Source: an uncultured Pseudomonadota bacterium | GTDB taxonomy: Bacteria > Pseudomonadota > Alphaproteobacteria > RUG11792 | DNA: 64,000 nucleotides | Reading direction: 5' to 3' | Assembly (NCBI GenBank): GCA_902795615.1 | Contig: CADBLQ010000013.1 | Span: 279-64,278 of the forward strand | Shown: in pieces, positions 46,574 to 55,984 of the stretch | Layout: each line of letters opens with the position of its first letter | How positions within the stretch are numbered: the stretch's first letter is position 1 | Program-made: the position numbers and the translations under genes | Notes under the pieces: generated by a model | What the model was told of the DNA's origin: nothing | The model's input: the letters and a program-made list of their open reading frames with translations, nothing else | The model's database searches: none

Positions 46574-47797
46574 TTAAAATCTTAGTGCCGCAACGGGATT
46601 AAGATTTGATGCCTTTTTCGCAGGATATATGGTTGCCAGGAAACTCATTAGTAGAGAGAAGACCACGATAATTGCTATTTCTACACTATCTATTTTTGAT
46701 GGTAGTTGTGACAAAAAATAAATTTCTTCACTAAACAGGTCACTTCCTGACAATTTTTCCAGAAATGATTTTATTTTATCTATATTTAACGAGATAGATA
46801 GACCAATAGCTACACCCGCCATTGTACCAAGTACTCCAATAGTAGAACCAACATAAAGGAATATTCTTAAAATTGACCTTTTGGTCATGCCTATAGTACG
46901 TAAAATGGCAATATCACGAGTTTTATTACTCGTAAGCATAGTTAATCCAGAAATTATATTAAAGGCAGCTACTAAAATGATAATACTTAGAATTAAACTC
47001 ATTACATTCTTTTCTACTACTACTGCATGAAATATACTGGCATCTGCATGTTGCCAATCTAAAACATTTAGTACACCTTTGAATTTCTTACTTAGCGTAG
47101 TTGCACTCTTATTAATATTCTTAGTATCTTTAACAAATAATTCAAACTTAGTAATTTTTCCTTTCATATTGAAAAAATCTTGTGCTGTGTCTAGAGGCAT
47201 TAATATGACGTTTTTGTCATATTCATTCATCCCAACTTCAAAAATGCCTTTAATTTTAAATTCCTCTTCTTTTGGTACATTTCCAAACGCAGTCACAAGA
47301 CCATCAGGAAGTAAACATCTTATGGTGCTTCCAATGTTGAGAGCCATTGTTTCAGCTAAACGCTTACCAATAAAAACTGAATTCCCTTTAAAATCAGCAT
47401 TTTTACCAGTTTTAATATTGGAATATATTAGTGTTTTTTTCTTTAAATCATTTGTTGATATACCATGGACAATTATACCTCTACCTGAACCACCACTTAT
47501 TAAAATTGCCTGTTTTTCGACTTGGGCAATTGCCGACTTTACATTCTTAGCATTTAATATCTTAGTTCTGACTTGTTCATAGTTCTTTATTCCGACATCT
47601 CCATATTTAGAAACCTCTATATGCCCATTCATCCCGACAATTTTATCCAATAGTTCATCACGAAAACCATTCATTACAGATGACACTATTATTAGGGTTG
47701 CTACGCCAAGAGCTATTCCAATAAGTGAAAACCAAGTCACTACCTTTGTAAAGCCACTTCCTTTAAGATAACGTCGTCCAATAAATGCTTCAATCAC
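46574..47797 (-). CDS. lolC: lipoprotein-releasing ABC transporter permease (LolC/LolE, FtsX family)
   Basis: GTG start. RRYLKG...FSLIGIALGVATLIIVSSVMNGF, a large periplasmic loop, the C-terminal FtsX-type block ILRTIGMTKRSILRIF, and ...NLNPVAALRF. Confidence 0.8.
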   Translation of the reverse strand: MIEAFIGRRYLKGSGFTKVVTWFSLIGIALGVATLIIVSSVMNGFRDELLDKIVGMNGHIEVSKYGDVGIKNYEQVRTKILNAKNVKSAIAQVEKQAILISGGSGRGIIVHGISTNDLKKKTLIYSNIKTGKNADFKGNSVFIGKRLAETMALNIGSTIRCLLPDGLVTAFGNVPKEEEFKIKGIFEVGMNEYDKNVILMPLDTAQDFFNMKGKITKFELFVKDTKNINKSATTLSKKFKGVLNVLDWQHADASIFHAVVVEKNVMSLILSIIILVAAFNIISGLTMLTSNKTRDIAILRTIGMTKRSILRIFLYVGSTIGVLGTMAGVAIGLSISLNIDKIKSFLEKLSGSDLFSEEIYFLSQLPSKIDSVEIAIIVVFSLLMSFLATIYPAKKASNLNPVAALRF

Positions 47798-49104
47798 TTA
47801 TCACACCAGGTTCTAATATTCTGACGATGTTTCCAAAAAATTGGAAATCCCAATATTAAAAATATACATAATACTATAAATGACGCAGTTAAATCTTGAT
47901 ATAAAGTAAAGATACAAAACAATATAGCAAATTGACTTAATGCCATCATACGTAAGCGTTTACCTTTGTTTGGATACCATTTTTTTATCATCTTAACAAA
48001 TGATATACAGCAAACTAGGTATACAAATATAAATATACTTACTAGTAAATCAATTAGACGTTCTAATCCATGTTGCATGCAGTTAATTTCAGATAGTATT
48101 AAAAACGGTATCATTCCTATTGATGAAATCCATAATGAAAAAACAGGAGCCTCTGCTTTGTTTGTTTTTGCAAATATTTTGGGGAACAAACCATCCGAAA
48201 CAGCTCCATATGCTATCTGACTACTTGTTAATGTCCAGGCATTCAGCGTACCAACACAAACAATTATTGCCATTACTGATATAGCAACATCACTGAAGTG
48301 CGAGAATATTTTACTCATTGCCATAGCATAGGGAGCACAGGTATTCAAAAGCTCGTCAAATCCAACTACTCCAATAACTGATATTGTATTTAGTATATAA
48401 ATCAAAGCGACGCATATAGTTCCAATTACGATAGCTCTCGGAATAGTTTTGGATGGATTTTTAACACTTTCAGCTGGAGTTGTTGCACATTCTACGCCAA
48501 TAAAGCCCCAAAAAGTCAGTAATGCAGTTTTTGAAATTACACTTAATGGATCAGCATCTCCAGCAATGGTTTTTATTGAAAAATGAAAATGTGAAGGGTC
48601 AAAAAAGAAAAAGAATATAACTGGTAGTACTATCAAAGGTATAACCTTTAAAAAAGTTAATACTGTTTCGATAATACCTGAGAATTTTACTCCTACAACA
48701 TTTACGTAGGTAACGGCAAACAATATCATTAACTCAATACTTAGACCTTCAAATGTAGTTAATGGTCCAGTAATGATTTTCAGATAATTAAGTGCAGTAA
48801 CTAATAATACCGAACTACTAGACCACGATATTATCCAATATATCCAGGCAGTAAAGAACGATGCCACACTTCCAAATGCTTCGCCAACGTATACATGTGG
48901 ACCTCCATTCTTAGGAAGGTGTGAAGCAAGTTCGGCAAATATTAATGCTAGAGCAATTGCTCCCGATACGGATACACCCCACCCCAAAAGCCCTATTGTT
49001 TTAAATGGAGCTAAAACAGATGGAAGTACAAATGCTCCTGACCCAATTTGACTGCCAATTACAATTGAAACTAAAGATAAAAATCCCAATCCTTTTTTTC
49101 TCAT
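47794..49104 (-). CDS. APC-superfamily amino-acid permease
   Basis: 436 aa with about 12 TM helices. The N-terminal motif is LSLVSIVIGSQIGSGAFVLPS. GTGA overlap with lolC. Confidence 0.8.
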   Translation of the reverse strand: MRKKGLGFLSLVSIVIGSQIGSGAFVLPSVLAPFKTIGLLGWGVSVSGAIALALIFAELASHLPKNGGPHVYVGEAFGSVASFFTAWIYWIISWSSSSVLLVTALNYLKIITGPLTTFEGLSIELMILFAVTYVNVVGVKFSGIIETVLTFLKVIPLIVLPVIFFFFFDPSHFHFSIKTIAGDADPLSVISKTALLTFWGFIGVECATTPAESVKNPSKTIPRAIVIGTICVALIYILNTISVIGVVGFDELLNTCAPYAMAMSKIFSHFSDVAISVMAIIVCVGTLNAWTLTSSQIAYGAVSDGLFPKIFAKTNKAEAPVFSLWISSIGMIPFLILSEINCMQHGLERLIDLLVSIFIFVYLVCCISFVKMIKKWYPNKGKRLRMMALSQFAILFCIFTLYQDLTASFIVLCIFLILGFPIFWKHRQNIRTWCDK

Positions 49105-49111
49105 ATTATCC

Positions 49112-52009
49112 TCATTTTGATTGCTCTATAGGCGCAAAAAGAGCAACAAGTGTTTTATTGCTCTCGTTAAGAACACCCTTTGCTGTATGTATAAAATCAT
49201 CAAAGCTAATGCTTTCTACCATGTTAATTATATCTCTAATTTCCGCAATCGTATGTCCGTAGCAACAAAGTTCAGTAAAAATGAAATTATTCATTGTCTC
49301 TGGATTATTTAACAATAGCTTATATTTATAAATAAATCTCTGTTTTAATTTTTCAAATCTTGTTTTTATGTTAGTAGAAGTCTCTTGATGTAAAAATTTT
49401 GCAATTGTTTTATATACAAGTTTTTCTGCATCATCAAACGACACTTTGTTATTTTTTAGTAAAAATCCAAAATCAAGGTATGCATTGTCGTATAATTGTT
49501 TAGTTATATGGCTGTACACGTCATATCCTAAGTTAGATTTACATAAAACTTGCGATAGAATTGATGTTTCTCCCTTAAACAACATTTCGTCTATCATTGA
49601 TAGTACTATTTCTTGTTTTATGGTTTTGATATTACTTCGTTTAATCTTGTAATAGAAAAAGATCATTTTTTGAGTAATATTTGCGTCTTTAATTACTACT
49701 TTCCTACTTATGTTGATATCTTCTGGGTCTATAACCCTATTACGTTTTATACCTTTACCTCGTTGGATATGTCCAAAATTACGTTGACATAGTTCCTTAG
49801 CTTCTTCCTTTGTTATATTACCAGTAATGATTATTACTGCATTGTCTGGGGTGTAATATGTTTCATAATGTTTTTTCAGATTTTCAAAATTACAAGCTTT
49901 AATTTGGTCACGATATCCTATATCATTATAGGAATAATTAGAGTATAAATATAAGCCCTTTTGAATTGCTTCGTATGCATATCTCCAATATGGTAATCCT
50001 TCATAGTCTCTTTCTCTTTCTGCCAATATAATATTTTTTTCACCTTCTACTGTTTCTTCTAAAATTTTTGCATTATGCATTCTTTCTGCCTCAATTTTTA
50101 AATTTGCATCTAAAAATATCTTGTTGCAGTAGTGGGGATAATATGTTGCATCAGGATACGTGTAGCCATTTGTGTCTTTATTAAACATATTCAAATAGTA
50201 TTGCATTTTCCCCATTGGCAAATTTTTACTTTCCTTAAAGGTCATACATTCTAGAAAATGAGAGGCTCCCACTATATTCCGCGGATCATCCGCACTTCCG
50301 ACTTGATAGCCAACACCAAAATAAATAGCTCCGGTGTTTACTGGTAATTTGCAAACAACGATACGAAGCCCGTTATCCAATACTTCTTCTTCTATTTGAA
50401 ATGATGTATTAGAACTCAAAACAGTTTTGTTTTTATTGGTACTTTTTGATGTTTTTGCGTGTTCGCAATTTATCGGGGTTATATTACTCTTCGTATGTAC
50501 TTCATTGTTTGAATTGAAAGGCATATGAGTTTGTGTTTCTGCAGTATAAGGTGCATGAGCGACTTGTGGAACTGTTCTACCAGCACTGACAATGACCAAT
50601 TTGTTAATGTCAAAAACACTTTTTAATACTCTATTTACATCAGCAACAGTAAGTTTGGCATATTTTCCCCAACAATCATCAATATTTTTAGCACTCATCC
50701 CATCTCTACGATTTTGCACAACATACGAAATTATCTCAGCTGGAGTACCTAAAACATGAGATGCTACTAATTTTGTTTTAGTAGCCACCAGTTCTTCCTC
50801 AGTAATACCTTTTTCAATAAGTTCGATAAGCCCAGATTTTATAGCGTCAATTGTCGCTTTTATATACTTTGGACTAGTTTGTGTTTCAATACCAAAATGA
50901 TTTTGCAAGTCAAACTCATCAAGATAAGACCAAATTCCATATACCAAGTGTTTACGTTCTCGAATATCTGCCCACAATTTTGAGTCAAAAGTACCTCTAC
51001 CAAAAATACGATTTATTAATCGTATCACAAATTTATTGTCGTTAGTAAGGGATATATTGGGTAATTTCAAAAATACAGTTGCATTTTCATTATCAACTTC
51101 TATGTGTTCATGGACTGCTAAAGGTGCTTCTGATTTATAACAAGATTTGTGCTTAAAATTGTTGTGATGACATTTAATCTTTCCAAATACTTTGTTAAAT
51201 TCCGATATTAATTTTTCCGGTGTTACGTTACCAACAACTGTTATTTCAGCATTTCTGGGGTCAAAAAGCGATTTATAACATTTTTCAATATCGTTTTTAG
51301 TGTATGTTGGGATTTTTTTTACTGCTTCTTTAAATGAACGACGATACTCTGGGGCATTTGTTATATTCATAAGTTTTTCAATAGCAACCCAACGAGGTAA
51401 AACTTTCTGATATTTAATATTCTGTAAATAATAATTTTTCGCACGTTCAATATCATTTTCTGTAGGATGTGACATTGTTAACAGTTCAATTAATAACGAC
51501 ACTGCTAATTCATAATGTTCTACTAAACACGAGATATCAATCATAATATCATCGCACGACTCATTAATCTCTAATTTTATTGCATTATCTTTCAGAATTT
51601 TCGAAAAACCCCAATTCCCTCGGCTTCCAACATTATCTTTTATACAATAAAATAATATTGGTAACAGATATGGCGTTTTGTAAAAACTACGATTACCTTC
51701 GTTTTTAAATGTAATGTGAATACTAATACTATTACTTTCTGTTTTAACAAACCATATTGGGTGAATGAATTTAGTTTTTATTTCTTGAACATTAATTTTT
51801 CTACACTTAGAAAAATCTATTTTTTTAAGCTCCGTAAAACCAAAATCTTCTTTTTTGATAAGTATACTTTTGGTATTATTATTTGCTTTATTGTTTTTTT
51901 TATCGACTACTTTTAAGTTGTCATTGTTTACGTCGCAATTACCGCAATCTAAGTTAAAAAATAAATTAGTTATTAGCGTTGCATAAACTAGTGATTTCGA
52001 ATTTAACAT
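49112..52009 (-). CDS. double-length M16 (pitrilysin-family) peptidase-like protein, paralog 1, with HxxEC in place of HxxEH
   Basis: The N-terminal half is an inactive-type M16 pair with no HxxEH. The C-terminal half carries GASHFLECMTFKESKN near residue 584, plus M16_C-like blocks. It is colinear with the upstream paralog. Confidence 0.75.
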   Translation of the reverse strand: MLNSKSLVYATLITNLFFNLDCGNCDVNNDNLKVVDKKNNKANNNTKSILIKKEDFGFTELKKIDFSKCRKINVQEIKTKFIHPIWFVKTESNSISIHITFKNEGNRSFYKTPYLLPILFYCIKDNVGSRGNWGFSKILKDNAIKLEINESCDDIMIDISCLVEHYELAVSLLIELLTMSHPTENDIERAKNYYLQNIKYQKVLPRWVAIEKLMNITNAPEYRRSFKEAVKKIPTYTKNDIEKCYKSLFDPRNAEITVVGNVTPEKLISEFNKVFGKIKCHHNNFKHKSCYKSEAPLAVHEHIEVDNENATVFLKLPNISLTNDNKFVIRLINRIFGRGTFDSKLWADIRERKHLVYGIWSYLDEFDLQNHFGIETQTSPKYIKATIDAIKSGLIELIEKGITEEELVATKTKLVASHVLGTPAEIISYVVQNRRDGMSAKNIDDCWGKYAKLTVADVNRVLKSVFDINKLVIVSAGRTVPQVAHAPYTAETQTHMPFNSNNEVHTKSNITPINCEHAKTSKSTNKNKTVLSSNTSFQIEEEVLDNGLRIVVCKLPVNTGAIYFGVGYQVGSADDPRNIVGASHFLECMTFKESKNLPMGKMQYYLNMFNKDTNGYTYPDATYYPHYCNKIFLDANLKIEAERMHNAKILEETVEGEKNIILAERERDYEGLPYWRYAYEAIQKGLYLYSNYSYNDIGYRDQIKACNFENLKKHYETYYTPDNAVIIITGNITKEEAKELCQRNFGHIQRGKGIKRNRVIDPEDINISRKVVIKDANITQKMIFFYYKIKRSNIKTIKQEIVLSMIDEMLFKGETSILSQVLCKSNLGYDVYSHITKQLYDNAYLDFGFLLKNNKVSFDDAEKLVYKTIAKFLHQETSTNIKTRFEKLKQRFIYKYKLLLNNPETMNNFIFTELCCYGHTIAEIRDIINMVESISFDDFIHTAKGVLNESNKTLVALFAPIEQSK

Positions 52010-52083
52010 ATTCTCATAAGATTTTCTATTATTATGTTACTGTTCACTGACTGATTATATAACAATTAGCTTACTTCCGATAG

Positions 52084-52108
52084 GCAGACAGTTTAAACAA
52101 CTGTCTGC
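52084..52108 (-). other. strong intercistronic stem-loop between the two M16 paralogs
   Basis: GCAGACAGTT-TAAAC-AACTGTCTGC, a 10-bp perfect stem. It lies 15 nt past the stop of the upstream gene. No U-tract follows on the minus strand, so it may be an RNA processing or stability element rather than a terminator. Confidence 0.5.
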
Positions 52109-52122
52109 ATACACAGTAGTGA

Positions 52123-55100
52123 TTATTTAAGAACGGAAGGTTCGTAGTGTACGACTAAAATTCTGCGTTTAGGTTCTAATAATTCCTTTGCTGTATTCAT
52201 GAAATCATCGAAAGTAATTGTATCTACAATATCAATGACGTTTTTAATTTCGTTTATAGAATGATTAAAAATCATAATATTCGTAATCAACATCCAATTC
52301 ATAGCATCTGGATTATCAAACATCTGTTCATATTTATTTTTAAAACTCTTTTTAAGTTTTTCAAATCTTTCATTAATAGTCTTCTCAGTTGGTGATGTCA
52401 TTTTTATGAAATTATCAATTGTCTTTTCAATTTTGCTCTCCAGTTCGTCAAACCGCGCATCTATTCCGTTTACATCAAGTTCAATATTCAAAAATGCGAA
52501 ATCATATGAAAACTTTTGTATATAACTTCTTACACTGTGTGCTAGTTCAAATTGGTTACAAATCTTATCGCGGATAATAGAACTATCACTTCCAAATAGC
52601 ATTTCATTTACCATTTCAATTACTATTTCCTGTTTTATAGTGGCTATATTTTTTCGTGGAATTTTATAAAACAATCCTAGGCGTTTTTGTTTAATTTGAG
52701 GATTTCTATAGGTTACTATTCTGCTAATATCAATGTCTTCTGGGTCGACAACCCTATTACGTTTTATACCTTTACCTCGTTTGATATGTCCAAAATTACG
52801 TTGACATAGTTCCTTAGCTTTGTTTATGTCAATATCACCGACAAAAATTGCTACTGCATTGTCCGGAGTGTAATGTGTTTCATAATGTTTTTTCAGATTT
52901 TCAAAATTACAAGCTGTTATCTGGTCTGGGTAGCCGATTACACTATTTGAGTAATTAGAATAAAGATATATATCTTTTAATAATGCTTCGTCTATGTATC
53001 TAATATATGGGTCAGAACCTTCTCGCATTTCACGTTCTGCTAATATCACATTTGTTTCAGCTTTTACCGTTTCATCTAGGAATTTAGCATTATGCATTCT
53101 TTCTGATTCTAGTCTTAAATCCGCATCTAAAAATGCCTTATTGCAATGTTGTGTATAGAATGTAATATCTTCGCAGGTAAATGCGTTGGTGTAGTTATTA
53201 AATGTAGTTAGATAATGATCCATTTTACCTGCAGGTATATTTTTACTTTCTTTAAAAGCCATATGCTCTAGGAAATGAGAAGCTCCAACTATATCTCGCG
53301 GATCATCTGCACTTCCTACGTAATATCCAATTCCAAAAAATACTGCATCTTTGCTACATGGCATATTACAAACAACAATTCTTAATCCATTTTCCAAATA
53401 CGCCTCTTCTATAGGGAATTCTGTGTTTGATTTTTTTTCAGGAGTACCAGTAGTAGTTCTCGATTTCTCATTTTTGTTCTTCTCATCTTTAGCATTGTTT
53501 GTTTCAGGTACAGTAGATTTCAATTGTGCTATATCCGCTGGCTCGGCATTTGCCGTTACATCATCAACTGTCCTATTGTGAGCCTGCGCCTTATCTACTT
53601 GTGGTACAGTTTTTCCGGCACTTACGATGACCATTTTTTCAACGTCAAATACCTTTTTTAGCACCTTATTCACATCAGCTACGGTAAGTTTCGCATATTT
53701 ATCTAGATAATCATCAACGGTGGCTACTGTAGCACCATCTGCTCTTCGTGCTAGTACATACGACATTATGGCACTTGGAGAATGAAGGACGTGAGAGGCA
53801 ACTATACCTATTCTATCAGATAAAAACTCGTCTTCGGTAATACCCTTTTCTGCTAACTCTTCACAGCTCTTTTTGACACCATCTATTACTGCTTTTATAT
53901 ACTGAGGATTGGTTTTTGCGACAATTGACAATCCACTTTGTAAGTCACGATCATGAAGTTTACTCCATATCGCATAAACTAAGTGTTGCTTTTCACGAAT
54001 ATCAACAAATAGTCTACATGATAATCCAATGTTACCCCAAATCCTATTTGCAGTTCTGATTGCGTATTTATCTTCATCCGTTATTGCTACACCTGGCAAT
54101 GCACACACAACTGTAGCATTTTCATTTTCAACTTCACAATGTTCATACTTAGAAGGAGACATTAATTCAGTACGTTGTTCACCTCCCTTAAAATTGTTAT
54201 GTCTATCTTTGATTGCTTCGTATACTTTATTTAATCCAGTTGTAATCTTTTCCTCAGATACATTACCTACCACAGTTATTTCAGCATTACGAGCATCAAA
54301 TAAAGTTTTATAGCAATTTTCCACATCATCTCGTTTGTATGTAGGAATCATTTTCAACCCTTCATCAAATGAAAACGCGTATTCTTTAACTTCGACCAGT
54401 CGTGACATTTTTTCAGATGCTACTTTAAGTGGAGTAACTTTTGATTGGTGAAGGTTGTCAATTAATTCAGCTTTAGTCCTTTCAATACTACTTTCAGGTA
54501 ATAAAGATTGCATCATTAATTCACATGCTAATGATAATGCCAAATCATACTGGTCTCTTAAACAAGAGAATGACATAATAACATTATCTGAATCGAAATC
54601 TAAGCTCAGTTCTATCGCTTGTTCCTTGAGTGTTCGTTTAAAGCCACCGACTCCCCACATACCAACATTTTCAGCAACACAACCACACATCAAGGTCAAT
54701 AAGTATGGCTTATCCCTAAAGCTCCTTGCTCCCTCGTTTCTGAATTTTATATTGACACTAACAGTTGTACCCTCAGTTTTCACAAACCACGCTGGTTTGT
54801 CGAATTTTGTCTTAATTTCCTTAACATCAAGTTTTTTACATTGAGATAAATCAATCTTTTTTAGCTCGTCAAACTTGAAATCTTCTGGTGTAAATCTGTT
54901 AGATTTTCCGGCATTGGTTACTAAATTCATAACTTTTTCCTTTCCTTTTTCAATGCTTTTAACTATTTTTGTACCTGCCTCCTGCAAGGAAGATTTTAAT
55001 TCTTTAACACCTTGTTTAACCATTTCCTTCCTTTTCACAGTACGATTCTTTACAGGTTCAGTTGTTTGTTCGGCATACAAGAGCGTACTTTGACAGATAC

Positions 55101-55134
55101 ACAATGCTATCAATAAAACATGCAAATGTTTCAT
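52123..55134 (-). CDS. double-length M16 (pitrilysin-family) zinc peptidase, paralog 2 (HxxEH intact)
   Basis: Signal peptide MKHLHVLLIALCICQSTLLYA. GASHFLEHMAFKESKN lies near residue 620, followed by NAFTCEDITFY and ETNVILAERE. The N-terminal half is M16-like without the zinc motif. Confidence 0.8.
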   Translation of the reverse strand: MKHLHVLLIALCICQSTLLYAEQTTEPVKNRTVKRKEMVKQGVKELKSSLQEAGTKIVKSIEKGKEKVMNLVTNAGKSNRFTPEDFKFDELKKIDLSQCKKLDVKEIKTKFDKPAWFVKTEGTTVSVNIKFRNEGARSFRDKPYLLTLMCGCVAENVGMWGVGGFKRTLKEQAIELSLDFDSDNVIMSFSCLRDQYDLALSLACELMMQSLLPESSIERTKAELIDNLHQSKVTPLKVASEKMSRLVEVKEYAFSFDEGLKMIPTYKRDDVENCYKTLFDARNAEITVVGNVSEEKITTGLNKVYEAIKDRHNNFKGGEQRTELMSPSKYEHCEVENENATVVCALPGVAITDEDKYAIRTANRIWGNIGLSCRLFVDIREKQHLVYAIWSKLHDRDLQSGLSIVAKTNPQYIKAVIDGVKKSCEELAEKGITEDEFLSDRIGIVASHVLHSPSAIMSYVLARRADGATVATVDDYLDKYAKLTVADVNKVLKKVFDVEKMVIVSAGKTVPQVDKAQAHNRTVDDVTANAEPADIAQLKSTVPETNNAKDEKNKNEKSRTTTGTPEKKSNTEFPIEEAYLENGLRIVVCNMPCSKDAVFFGIGYYVGSADDPRDIVGASHFLEHMAFKESKNIPAGKMDHYLTTFNNYTNAFTCEDITFYTQHCNKAFLDADLRLESERMHNAKFLDETVKAETNVILAEREMREGSDPYIRYIDEALLKDIYLYSNYSNSVIGYPDQITACNFENLKKHYETHYTPDNAVAIFVGDIDINKAKELCQRNFGHIKRGKGIKRNRVVDPEDIDISRIVTYRNPQIKQKRLGLFYKIPRKNIATIKQEIVIEMVNEMLFGSDSSIIRDKICNQFELAHSVRSYIQKFSYDFAFLNIELDVNGIDARFDELESKIEKTIDNFIKMTSPTEKTINERFEKLKKSFKNKYEQMFDNPDAMNWMLITNIMIFNHSINEIKNVIDIVDTITFDDFMNTAKELLEPKRRILVVHYEPSVLK

Positions 55135-55175
55135 ACTTACCTGATAATGCTTTCCACCGTTATATTGTAACTTAG

Positions 55176-55958
55176 CTAAGCCACTTTACAGATATCAGAC
55201 GCTTTTTTAAACAATTTGAAAAAATTAGCTGTTGTAATTTCTGCTAAATGTTCTACAGTGCAATTACGCTGTTCCGCTACACACTCGGCAACATATCGTA
55301 CGAATCCTGGTTCATTCACTCGTATTTTTCGTTTGGGTTCAGGAGTTAAGTACGGCGAATCCGTCTCAATTAATATCTTATCGTCTGGCACATACCTTGA
55401 CACCTCACGTAATGCATCACTCTTCTTAAAAGTCACAATTCCTGAAAAGGATATGTAGTATCCATAATCTAATGCTTTTTTGGCGTTTTCCAATGTATCT
55501 GTAAAACAATGTAATACTGCTGATACATTAAAGTGTTTTAAAATATCAAATAAATCCTGACTAAAACATTCACGTAAATGCAGGATTACAGGCAAATTAA
55601 CATCCGATGCAAGCTGTAACATTTCCTCAAACAGCTTCCATTGCAAATCACGGGGAGTATCATCGTAAAAATATTCTAATCCAACTTCCCCTATTGCCAC
55701 TATTTTTGGGTACTTAAGTACCAACTTCTTCATTTCTTCGACATTATATCCACCGGCATATTCACAGGGATGAATGCCAACAGCACATACAACATTGTTA
55801 TATTTTTCTGCAATTTCAATATTTTTCAACATTGTTGCACTATTAACACCAGCGGAAAGGAAGAACTCTACGCCCATAGCTTTTGCATTATCAATAACCT
55901 CATCAATTCTGTCGTATATTCGGTCATAAAATAAATGACAGTGACTATCTATAATCAC
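55176..55958 (-). CDS. tatD: TatD-family metal-dependent DNase/hydrolase
   Basis: MIIDSHCHL, GEVGLEY, ILHLRE, LHCF and IETDSPYL are present. Confidence 0.9.
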   Translation of the reverse strand: MIIDSHCHLFYDRIYDRIDEVIDNAKAMGVEFFLSAGVNSATMLKNIEIAEKYNNVVCAVGIHPCEYAGGYNVEEMKKLVLKYPKIVAIGEVGLEYFYDDTPRDLQWKLFEEMLQLASDVNLPVILHLRECFSQDLFDILKHFNVSAVLHCFTDTLENAKKALDYGYYISFSGIVTFKKSDALREVSRYVPDDKILIETDSPYLTPEPKRKIRVNEPGFVRYVAECVAEQRNCTVEHLAEITTANFFKLFKKASDICKVA

Positions 55959-55984
55959 TTTTACCTCACAATTTAGTCATATTG

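Noticed and set aside
49112-55134. Possibility that the two M16 genes are an assembly duplication artefact.
   Set aside because: The copies are substantially diverged at both the protein and nucleotide level outside a roughly 180-nt tract. They also have different N-termini, so this is a genuine old duplication.
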